Part shown: piece after piece, positions 39,677-48,980 of the stretch
Numbering within the stretch: the first letter of the stretch is position 1
How the letters are laid out: the number at the start of each line of letters is the position of its first letter
Assembly (NCBI GenBank): GCA_017475705.1
Contig: JAFVFB010000030.1
Location: 1,056-65,055, forward strand
Direction of reading: 5' to 3'
DNA from: Alphaproteobacteria bacterium
GTDB lineage: Bacteria; Pseudomonadota; Alphaproteobacteria; RF32; CAG-239
Length of the DNA: 64,000 nucleotides
Program-made: the position numbers and the translations under genes
The notes under the pieces: generated by a model
Told to the model about the DNA's origin: nothing
Databases searched by the model: none
What the model saw: the letters and a program-made list of their open reading frames with translations, nothing else

Positions 39677-40327
39677 TTACTTGTTAAGTAATTCATCAAT
39701 GTCATCAGCATAGCGCATATATGCATAGCTGAGACCTTGACGAGAGTGTTTGCCAGTTAAGCTTAAGAGGTTGATAAAAGTCGCATCTTTCGACAATCGT
39801 TCCCAAGCGCGGTCAATCATGGCCGTTTGCTCATTTTCTGCAGGAAGAATAAGAGGAGCATCCATGACATCACGGAAAGACCATCTGTTCTGACGATAAT
39901 AAACTTCTTGCAACTGTTCAACCGTTTTGTCTGGAATCAGGGCCCGATAGAAAGGCTTTAAGATACTATCGCAAACAGCAGGGAACAAAGTTTTATCAAG
40001 ATAATTAGTCAGATCCTTATCCTCTATACCAGACAGAATACTACCTTTATAGTAAAGGGTCCAAGGAACAAAACGGAAAGCTTCAACAAGATTATCACCA
40101 TGCTTCTTGGCATCGATACAGAGAATGATGAATAATTCCTGTGCAAACTTAGGATCAGTCATATAAACTGTCTCCTCACAGCATCCGGTAGCATGCTGGT
40201 GTGGTACACTAAACTTAGAAAAGATAACGGCCAATAAGGTAGCACGCTCATCCTGGATACCTAAAAGCTCTTGCTCGATACAGCAGGCTTTGTGCATAAA
40301 ATAATTGAAAAGAAGTTTTTTCCCCAT
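39677..40327 (-). CDS. Hypothetical protein
   Basis: 216-aa ORF with its own terminator. No motif recognised. Confidence 0.65.
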   Translation of the reverse strand: MGKKLLFNYFMHKACCIEQELLGIQDERATLLAVIFSKFSVPHQHATGCCEETVYMTDPKFAQELFIILCIDAKKHGDNLVEAFRFVPWTLYYKGSILSGIEDKDLTNYLDKTLFPAVCDSILKPFYRALIPDKTVEQLQEVYYRQNRWSFRDVMDAPLILPAENEQTAMIDRAWERLSKDATFINLLSLTGKHSRQGLSYAYMRYADDIDELLNK

Positions 40328-40441
40328 AGCTCTAAAAATATAGGTTAAACAATAATTTTATAAGTAAATATTTTTATAAAAGACAAATATTTTAAAGTCA
40401 AGGAAATCTCCTTTAAGGATAAGAAAAGCTCTCCTCCAATA

Positions 40442-40846
40442 TTAATTTGTGCCATGCAGAAGGCGATAATTTTGAATATACGCCTCATTGGCAGATGGAT
40501 AGTCTTTTAAGAGTTCATCAGGATTAAGAGCAAAATCATTCTGCATCAGTTTTTTTATTTTATCTTCTATAACAGCAGGGAAGTCATTAGCAAGCAATAA
40601 CTTATACATTTGAAACATGAGTTGTTGGGTTTGTACCAAAGTTAATGATGAGCTTTTGATAATTGGATATTGATTGCGAATAAGACGCAAAGCATTATTG
40701 AATAAAATATCAGAAGCATTCTTAATCCGACAAAAAATGCGCATATTGCTTTTCGGTTTGTAGAAAACATATTCACTGCATTCATCTTGAATATAACTAT
40801 TAATTAGTTCCAGTTGCTTAATTAAGTCCCAATTATTACCTTTCAT
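40442..40846 (-). CDS. Hypothetical protein
   Basis: ORF with a GAGG RBS before ATG 40846. No motif recognised. Confidence 0.55.
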   Translation of the reverse strand: MKGNNWDLIKQLELINSYIQDECSEYVFYKPKSNMRIFCRIKNASDILFNNALRLIRNQYPIIKSSSLTLVQTQQLMFQMYKLLLANDFPAVIEDKIKKLMQNDFALNPDELLKDYPSANEAYIQNYRLLHGTN

Positions 40847-41007
40847 TTTTTTTGCCTCTTTAAATAACTGAACAACCACAAAATCATAGGCATCAATTTA
40901 AAAAATGCCAAAAAAATAAGGCGTATATATACCACGCTATATATTTTAAGAACAACTATAGACAAATAATAAAAAGAAAACCGAATCGACAGGAAAAATA
41001 AAAAAAA

Positions 41008-41029
41008 GACGTTGCAACAATGCAACGTC
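41008..41029 (-). terminator. Terminator after fabG
   Basis: GACGTTGCA-ACAA-TGCAACGTC, with an A tract on the left (U tract on the minus strand). Confidence 0.75.
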
Positions 41030-41053
41030 GAAAGTAATCACTTGCAAAAAAAA

Positions 41054-41791
41054 CTAAATCATAGCCATACCGCCGTTAACATGTAATGTTTGTCCAGTAA
41101 TGTACTGAGCTTCATCAGAGGCCAGAAAAGCAACTGCATTTGCAATATCCTGCGCTTCTCCAAGTTTTCCCTCCGGTATCTTGCTTAACAGCTGAGCCCT
41201 AACATCATCTGGCAAAACATCGGTCATCGGAGTACGAATGAAGCCTGGCGCAATTGAATTAACCGTAATACCACGAGAGCCAACTTCTTGGGCTAAACAT
41301 TTATTCATAGCAATCATGCCAGCTTTCGAGGCTGAATAATTAGCTTGTCCAGCATTACCCATCACGCCAACCACAGAAGCAATACCGATAATGCGACCGA
41401 AACGTCTCTTCATCATGCCTCGAATAGCGGCTTTTGCCAATTTAAATCCGGCAGAAAGGTTAACATCAAGAACCAATTGCCAATCTTCGTCACTCATTCT
41501 CATGAATAAGTTGTCACGCGTAAGACCTGCATTGTTAACTAAAATATCAATTTGCCCCATTTTATCTTCAACCGCTTTAACCAAATTATGAACATCATCA
41601 GAATTGGTCAGATTAGCAACAAAACATTCTACACGAGAGCCAAGCTCCGCCTTAAGTTTTTCCATCGGCTCTGCACGCATATCGGTTAAAGCTAGGGTGG
41701 CGCCTTGGGCATGCAGAGTGCGAGCAATCTTATCACCGAGCCCGCCTGCAGCTCCGGTAATTAATGCAATTTTTCCATCTAAACGAAACAT
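41054..41791 (-). CDS. fabG: 3-oxoacyl-ACP reductase
   Basis: TGAAGGLG, NNAGLTRDNL, YSASKAG, ITGQTLHVNGGM. Confidence 0.97.
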   Translation of the reverse strand: MFRLDGKIALITGAAGGLGDKIARTLHAQGATLALTDMRAEPMEKLKAELGSRVECFVANLTNSDDVHNLVKAVEDKMGQIDILVNNAGLTRDNLFMRMSDEDWQLVLDVNLSAGFKLAKAAIRGMMKRRFGRIIGIASVVGVMGNAGQANYSASKAGMIAMNKCLAQEVGSRGITVNSIAPGFIRTPMTDVLPDDVRAQLLSKIPEGKLGEAQDIANAVAFLASDEAQYITGQTLHVNGGMAMI

Positions 41792-41815
41792 ATTAATCAT
41801 CCCTTTCATAAAAAG

Positions 41816-42760
41816 TTATAAATTTTTTGCCAATTCTTCGATATCCTGTATGGAATATATACTAAGAGAATTTATCTCTTTTAAACTACGTTTGGCAATA
41901 CCGGAGAGAACTTTCCCAGCACCAAGTTCGACAATATCAGTGACATTATTATCATGCATAAATGCCATTGTCTCTCTCCACCTCACTGTGCCGGTAACTT
42001 GCGAAATTAAGTTTTTTATAATTTCTTTCTTATCTGTCTCAGCAGTAGCTGAAATATTGGCTATAATCGGAATTTGCGCCTGATGGGCTTCTATATCCAT
42101 AAAAGCACGCGCCATGACTTCTGCCGCCGGCTGCATCAATGGACTATGAAACGGTGCAGACACAGGCAGACGTACACACTTTTTTGCGCCAAACTCACTA
42201 GCAATTTCAATTGCTTTTTCAATCGCTTGAATGTGTCCGGATAAAACGACTTGACCATCCGAATTGTCATTTGCTGCGACGCAGTAATAATTGGCATCCT
42301 GACAAGCATCAACCAGAGCATTAATATCCTTAAAAGATAATCCTAAAACCGCAACCATTCCCCCAACGCCAACAGGAACAGCTTGTTGCATTGCATTCCC
42401 ACGAATACGTAACAATTTAGCCGTATCAGCAAGCGAGAAAACTCCAGCAGCACAAGCAGCGGAATATTCCCCTAAAGAGTGACCGGCAACATATGCCGCT
42501 TTTTCTTTTAACGAAATGCCAAAGTCCTGTTGTAAAATGCGAACAATGGCCATGGAAACAGCCATAAGCGCAGGTTGAGCATTCGCTGTTAAAACTAGGT
42601 CAGCATCAGGACCTTCTGTCATAACCTTATAAAGATCCTGCCCAAGTGCTTGATTGACTTCTTCAAAAACATCCTTCGCCGTACCGAAATTGGTTGCCAA
42701 TTCTTTTCCCATTCCGACAAATTGAGAACCTTGTCCAGGGAAAACAAATGCATATTTCAT
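41816..42760 (-). CDS. fabD: Malonyl-CoA:ACP transacylase
   Basis: FPGQGSQ, GHSLGEY, VSAPFHS. Confidence 0.97.
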   Translation of the reverse strand: MKYAFVFPGQGSQFVGMGKELATNFGTAKDVFEEVNQALGQDLYKVMTEGPDADLVLTANAQPALMAVSMAIVRILQQDFGISLKEKAAYVAGHSLGEYSAACAAGVFSLADTAKLLRIRGNAMQQAVPVGVGGMVAVLGLSFKDINALVDACQDANYYCVAANDNSDGQVVLSGHIQAIEKAIEIASEFGAKKCVRLPVSAPFHSPLMQPAAEVMARAFMDIEAHQAQIPIIANISATAETDKKEIIKNLISQVTGTVRWRETMAFMHDNNVTDIVELGAGKVLSGIAKRSLKEINSLSIYSIQDIEELAKNL

Positions 42761-42951
42761 TTATAATTACTCCTGTATATCTAAGCTAAAACTAAGCTAA
42801 ATGAGTTGCACCTAAAGTCAAGTTTTAAATCCTTAGAGTGTGTATAGCTTAATATGTAAACAATTACGCACACAGTCCATAATCTTAAGATTTTATTTAA
42901 AAATTACCGCTAAACTCTAACTATAAATATTTGAAACAAAACGAGGGAACA

Positions 42952-45327
42952 ATGGCAAAAAAAATAAAAAAACAAAACAATCAAATAAATACAGCATCAT
43001 GGATAACTAAAATCTTAGGAATTATCATGGGAATAGGACTACTGGCCTTTTGCTTATGCCTGATATTAGGGATGATCGGTTATAATCCGGCTGACGAATC
43101 TTTTAATGTTTCGAACTCCGAAAAAATCAGCAACTTTATGGGTAAATTTGGCTCTTATAGTGCAGATTTTATAGCAAACAGCTTTGGATTAGCTATTTTT
43201 GTGTTTTTGATTCCCGTTATGGTATGGGGATATTTACTGATTAAACACCAAAAAATCTTGGAATTTAGAATCCGCATGCTCGCCGTTGTTATTGGAATTA
43301 TCCCCTTAGCAGGGGTGTTTTATCAACTGTTTTCTGCACCACTGGAAAAAATAAATCTGCAGGGAAAGTTTAGTCCTTTATTGCCAGAAGCACTGATAAA
43401 TCTATTTAAGAGTTGGAAATTAGAAGGCTATGAAAGCTCGCTGGCACTATCTATACAGGCAATTATTGCATTGATGTCATTTAATTTGGCAGTTGGAATA
43501 ACCTTTAAGCAATGGGGAAAAATAATCAAAGCTTTGTGTCATATATCGGCGATTACATTAAAAGCCATTGGTAAATTCTTACAACGTTTGTGCCAACCTA
43601 GGGCCTTAACGGAACAAAGTTTTACTTCTGTGAATATAAAAGCAGAAAAAATCAGAAAAGAGCCCGTCCTCTCCGATAAAACAGAAACATTGCCGGATGT
43701 AAGTGCTGAAACACAAAAAACAGAAATGGAGGCACCGATTATCAAAACTAAAAAGACTGACAAAAAAACTGCAGAAGTTATCTCTATTATACCGTCGCAG
43801 GTGACAAAAGAAAGTAACGGCTATCAATTTCCTGATATAAATCTCTTAAGTAGACCCAAAGAAAAATTAGGATTAAGTATTAATGAAAAGGAATTAAATG
43901 AAACCGCACGCGCGCTAGAAACCGTTTTGGAAGAGTTTGGTGTGCACGGGCAAATCGTAAAAATCCGCCCAGGACCAGTCGTGACACTGTTTGAACTGGA
44001 GCCAGCACCAGGAACAAAAACCTCAAGAGTTATCAGTTTGGCTGATGATATCGCACGTTCAATGTCAGCAATATCTGTACGTATTGCGGTGGTACCAGGA
44101 TCAAATACAATAGGGATTGAAATTCCGAATGCCAAAAGAGAAACAGTTTGGCTGCGTGATCTCTTAGAAGATGTGAACTTTACCGACAGTAAAAATGCCT
44201 TAAATGTTGTATTAGGCAAAGATATTGGAGGTAAAAATATTTATGCGGACCTAGCTAAAATGCCGCACTTGCTGGTGGCTGGAACAACCGGTTCCGGAAA
44301 ATCTGTAGGTGTTAATGCGATGATATTATCATTACTCTATAGGATGACGCCGGAAGAATGTAAATTTATTTTAATCGATCCGAAAATGTTGGAATTTTCG
44401 ATGTACAATGGTATACCGCATTTATTAACGCCGGTGATTACCGATCCAGCAAAAGCAGTTATCGGTTTGAAATGGGCTGTACGAGAAATGGAAGAACGTT
44501 ATCGGGCAATGGCTTGCTTATCAGTGCGCAACATTAACGGCTATAACTTAAAGTTAAAAGAATTGCGAGAAAAGGGAGAAACCCCAAAACGAACTATTCA
44601 GGTAGGCTTTGATCCGGAGACTGGAAAGCCGGAATATGAAGAGCAGCTTTTAGATACCAAGCCATTACCATACATCGTTATTGTTGTCGATGAAATGGCT
44701 GATTTGATGCTTGTCGCCGGTAAAGAAGTTGAAGCAGCAATTCAGCGTCTAGCGCAAATGGCTCGTGCTGCTGGTATTCACTTGATTATGTCAACCCAAA
44801 GGCCTTCAGTTGATGTAATTACGGGAACCATTAAATCAAATTTCCCGACCAGAATTAGCTTCCAAGTAACATCGAAAATTGATAGCCGTACAATTTTAGG
44901 TGAACAGGGGGCAGAACAATTGCTTGGTAAAGGAGATATGCTTTATATGCCTGCAGGTTTACGCCCGCAACGTATTCATGGCGGTTTTGTTAAAGATGAG
45001 GAAGTCGAAAGTGTAGTTGAATTTATTAAATCCCAGCGCCAACCGGAATATGTTGAAGAAGTAACCGCTGGTGAACTAGAAATGAAAAATAAAGAGGCAG
45101 GAGCTTTATTTGATAAAACAGCTATGGGTATGAGTGGGGGCAGTAATAACGACGAGCTTTATGAACAGGCTGTACAAATTGTGCGTAACGATAAAAAAGC
45201 TTCAACCAGTTACATCCAACGGCGTTTAGGGATTGGTTACAATAAAGCAGCAACAATCATTGAACGTATGGAAGCTGAAGGTGTTGTGACACCAGCAGAT
45301 CATGTTGGTAGGAGAGAAGTCATATAG
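42952..45327 (+). CDS. ftsK: DNA translocase FtsK
   Basis: N-terminal TMs, HLLVAGTTGSGKS, DEMADLM, TQRPSVDV and the gamma domain. Confidence 0.98.
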   Translation: MAKKIKKQNNQINTASWITKILGIIMGIGLLAFCLCLILGMIGYNPADESFNVSNSEKISNFMGKFGSYSADFIANSFGLAIFVFLIPVMVWGYLLIKHQKILEFRIRMLAVVIGIIPLAGVFYQLFSAPLEKINLQGKFSPLLPEALINLFKSWKLEGYESSLALSIQAIIALMSFNLAVGITFKQWGKIIKALCHISAITLKAIGKFLQRLCQPRALTEQSFTSVNIKAEKIRKEPVLSDKTETLPDVSAETQKTEMEAPIIKTKKTDKKTAEVISIIPSQVTKESNGYQFPDINLLSRPKEKLGLSINEKELNETARALETVLEEFGVHGQIVKIRPGPVVTLFELEPAPGTKTSRVISLADDIARSMSAISVRIAVVPGSNTIGIEIPNAKRETVWLRDLLEDVNFTDSKNALNVVLGKDIGGKNIYADLAKMPHLLVAGTTGSGKSVGVNAMILSLLYRMTPEECKFILIDPKMLEFSMYNGIPHLLTPVITDPAKAVIGLKWAVREMEERYRAMACLSVRNINGYNLKLKELREKGETPKRTIQVGFDPETGKPEYEEQLLDTKPLPYIVIVVDEMADLMLVAGKEVEAAIQRLAQMARAAGIHLIMSTQRPSVDVITGTIKSNFPTRISFQVTSKIDSRTILGEQGAEQLLGKGDMLYMPAGLRPQRIHGGFVKDEEVESVVEFIKSQRQPEYVEEVTAGELEMKNKEAGALFDKTAMGMSGGSNNDELYEQAVQIVRNDKKASTSYIQRRLGIGYNKAATIIERMEAEGVVTPADHVGRREVI

Positions 45328-45350
45328 AACAGCACAATTTAAAGTAAATA

Positions 45351-45487
45351 AAGGGACCATATATAGTATGGTCCTTTTATCAAATAAAAAAGGCATTGTT
45401 AAGAAAATTAACAAGCGGCAATGCAAAATATAAAAACGGCTAATGGGTTATAGCCACAAAAGAAGAGAGGCATTTAGGCCTCTCTTC
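45351..45487. terminator. Two hairpins between the convergent ftsK and OMP genes
   Basis: AAGGGACCATA..TATGGTCCTTT (45351-45377) and GAAGAGAGGC..GCCTCTCTTC (45462-45487). Confidence 0.7.
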
Positions 45488-45506
45488 AATTAATAGAACC
45501 AAAGTA

Positions 45507-46319
45507 TTAGAACAATACTTTAGCGCGTAAACCTGCTTCATAAGCAAAGTTTGTATGCTCTTTGCCAACACTATATGTTTTGTCATGAGCATCAATCAAG
45601 TAAGACCCATAAACGCCGAGAGCGACATTGTCCTTGAGATAGTAATCAACGGCACCATCGAACCAGGTTTCAGTACTATTCTTAGGACCATTGCCCTTAG
45701 ACCATTCATAACGAACAGCACCATCAAATGCCCATTTTCCGGTATACTTATGGATACCAGCGCTGACAGATTGAATAATTGGTCTGTGTGATTTATCAAT
45801 AATGCTATCAAAGCTGTATACAGCATATGGTGTGATGCCATTACCTAAATCTAAGCCAGCTTTCAAGTCAAATCCAAGAGCTTTCTCCCAACGATTATAA
45901 ACTCTAGCACCTCCTACACGTTCTTTTCTGCCGTACCATTCTTTTGTATTAAAAGTATTATAACGACCTGAAACTTGGAACAAAACATCATCAAAACGTG
46001 TATTGTATTTTGCACCTAAGGTGTAAGCAAAATTATGGTCATTATTATAATAACCTTCAACATCAAAAGTATTTTCAATACCGGCATTAACGCTAAATTT
46101 GTCAGTTATACCATATTCAACAAATTCGCTGGCAGTTACACCATCTTCGATATATTTTATCTTATTAAATTTAGTTTTTTCACGAGACATGGCAATGCGC
46201 GTGTCAGAAGAAATCTGTCCTTTACCTGGAACAGAAAAAGCACCTGTTAAATCTTGTGCCATTGCTTGAGAAGCAAATAAAACAGCAACAGATGCCAACA
46301 ACATAGTTTTATAGTTCAT
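45507..46319 (-). CDS. Outer-membrane beta-barrel protein (porin-like)
   Basis: Signal peptide (AMA), amphipathic beta-strands, C-terminal YEAGLRAKVLF BAM-type signal, strong AGGAG RBS. Confidence 0.8.
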   Translation of the reverse strand: MNYKTMLLASVAVLFASQAMAQDLTGAFSVPGKGQISSDTRIAMSREKTKFNKIKYIEDGVTASEFVEYGITDKFSVNAGIENTFDVEGYYNNDHNFAYTLGAKYNTRFDDVLFQVSGRYNTFNTKEWYGRKERVGGARVYNRWEKALGFDLKAGLDLGNGITPYAVYSFDSIIDKSHRPIIQSVSAGIHKYTGKWAFDGAVRYEWSKGNGPKNSTETWFDGAVDYYLKDNVALGVYGSYLIDAHDKTYSVGKEHTNFAYEAGLRAKVLF

Positions 46320-46451
46320 CGATAAACTCCTTTATCTAGTTTCATAAAAATAACCCTAAGGTTATGATAAAACTATATAGAACGATTTATTAACAATAAG
46401 TAAAATTATTTAGAAGGAACGTAACATATTGTTTTGAAATATTTCAAAATA

Positions 46452-46479
46452 AAAGAGAGTGCCTTTAAGCACTCTCTTT
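46452..46479 (-). terminator. Terminator after pgk
   Basis: AAAGAGAGTGC-CTTTAA-GCACTCTCTTT. Confidence 0.75.
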
Positions 46480-46496
46480 ACAATAAAAAGGCTAAT

Positions 46497-47708
46497 CTAT
46501 TTTTTCATAACAGCAACGCCAGGTAATTCTTTGCCTTCCATCCATTCCAAGAAAGCTCCACCAGCCGTTGAAATATAAGTAAATTTATCAGCAACACCGG
46601 CATTATCTAAGGCAGAAACCGTGTCACCGCCACCGGCAACAGAAGTAAGTTTGCCAGCTTGAGTCAAAGCAGCCGCATGCTGCGCCACTTTGTTTGTGGC
46701 CTCATCAAATGGTTTCATTTCAAAAACCCCTAATGGACCATTCCATACTAGGGTTTTGCACTCATCAAGCTTAGTATTAATTAAAGCGACAGTCTTTTCG
46801 CCCACATCCATCAAACTCCAGCCTTCTGCAGGAATCTCAGATAAACTAACGGTTTTATGCTCAGCCATAGGTTTAAATTCTTTGGCAACAACGACATCAA
46901 GTGGTAAGATAATTTCACAATGATTGGCCTTTGCTGTAGCAATAATTTCTTTTGCCGTATCAATCATATCCATCTGTACCAAAGAATTATTTTCATTAAG
47001 CGTATCAATGCCGCTAGCTTTCATAAAGGTATGTGCCATACCGCCAGAAATAACCAGTTTATTAACCTTTTTAACCAAATTATTAAGCAAATCAAGCTTG
47101 GTAGATACTTTTGAACCGCCGACAACCGCAATTAGAGGACGTACAGGATCATTCAAACCGGCTGTTAAAGCCTGAACCTCCTCAGCCATCAATAATCCCA
47201 TTGCAGCAGGACAATTTTTTGCGGCTGCAACCATCGAAGCATGAGCACGATGTGCAGTGGAAAAAGCATCAGAAACATAAACATCAGCAGGCTCTGTAAG
47301 CGCTTTAGCAAATGTCTCATCACCTTTTTTCTCTTCATTATAAAAACGCAAATTCTCCAGCAGTAAAATCTCATCTTGAGACATTTGTGCAATGGCTTGG
47401 GCGACTTTAGGACCAATGCAATCATCAACAAATGTAACTTTTTTGCCTAAGGCTTGCTCTAGGTCTTTAACAATATGTGAAAGAGAATTTTTCATATCCC
47501 CTTTACCTTCTGGTCGACCAAAGTGCGAAATAACGACAACTTTCGCTCCTTGCGCCATTAAATTTTTAATCGTTGGTACGGTGCGGTCAATACGAGCAGT
47601 ATTTGTTACCTTAAAATTTTCATCCATCGGAACATTCAAATCTGCCCGTAGCATAACAACTTTACCAGATAAATTGCCTAAATCTTTGATTGTTTTATAT
47701 TCTATCAT
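46497..47708 (-). CDS. pgk: Phosphoglycerate kinase
   Basis: RADLNVP, SHFGRP, LLENLRF, GGGDT, STAGGAFLEWMEGK. Confidence 0.98.
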   Translation of the reverse strand: MIEYKTIKDLGNLSGKVVMLRADLNVPMDENFKVTNTARIDRTVPTIKNLMAQGAKVVVISHFGRPEGKGDMKNSLSHIVKDLEQALGKKVTFVDDCIGPKVAQAIAQMSQDEILLLENLRFYNEEKKGDETFAKALTEPADVYVSDAFSTAHRAHASMVAAAKNCPAAMGLLMAEEVQALTAGLNDPVRPLIAVVGGSKVSTKLDLLNNLVKKVNKLVISGGMAHTFMKASGIDTLNENNSLVQMDMIDTAKEIIATAKANHCEIILPLDVVVAKEFKPMAEHKTVSLSEIPAEGWSLMDVGEKTVALINTKLDECKTLVWNGPLGVFEMKPFDEATNKVAQHAAALTQAGKLTSVAGGGDTVSALDNAGVADKFTYISTAGGAFLEWMEGKELPGVAVMKK

Positions 47709-47770
47709 ATAATTATCCTTATCTTAAAAAAGAATCCCCGCCTGATAAAAAGACGGGGAAAATCTAAAAA

Positions 47771-48826
<1,056 letters not shown>

Positions 48827-48927
48827 TTATTAAAATCGAGCATAAGTTAACACTAATTATGCATTTTTCAAGTGAAATTTTAAAAACCGGAAAATGTTGG
48901 AGAAGTTATCCCCCGAAAAAATAAAAA

Positions 48928-48961
48928 AATCTGCCTATACCAAGGACGATATAGGCAGATT
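48928..48961 (-). terminator. Terminator after the 930-aa gene
   Basis: AATCTGCCTATA...TATAGGCAGATT with an A tract on the left. Confidence 0.75.
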
Positions 48962-48980
48962 AGAACAAATAGATGAAAAC

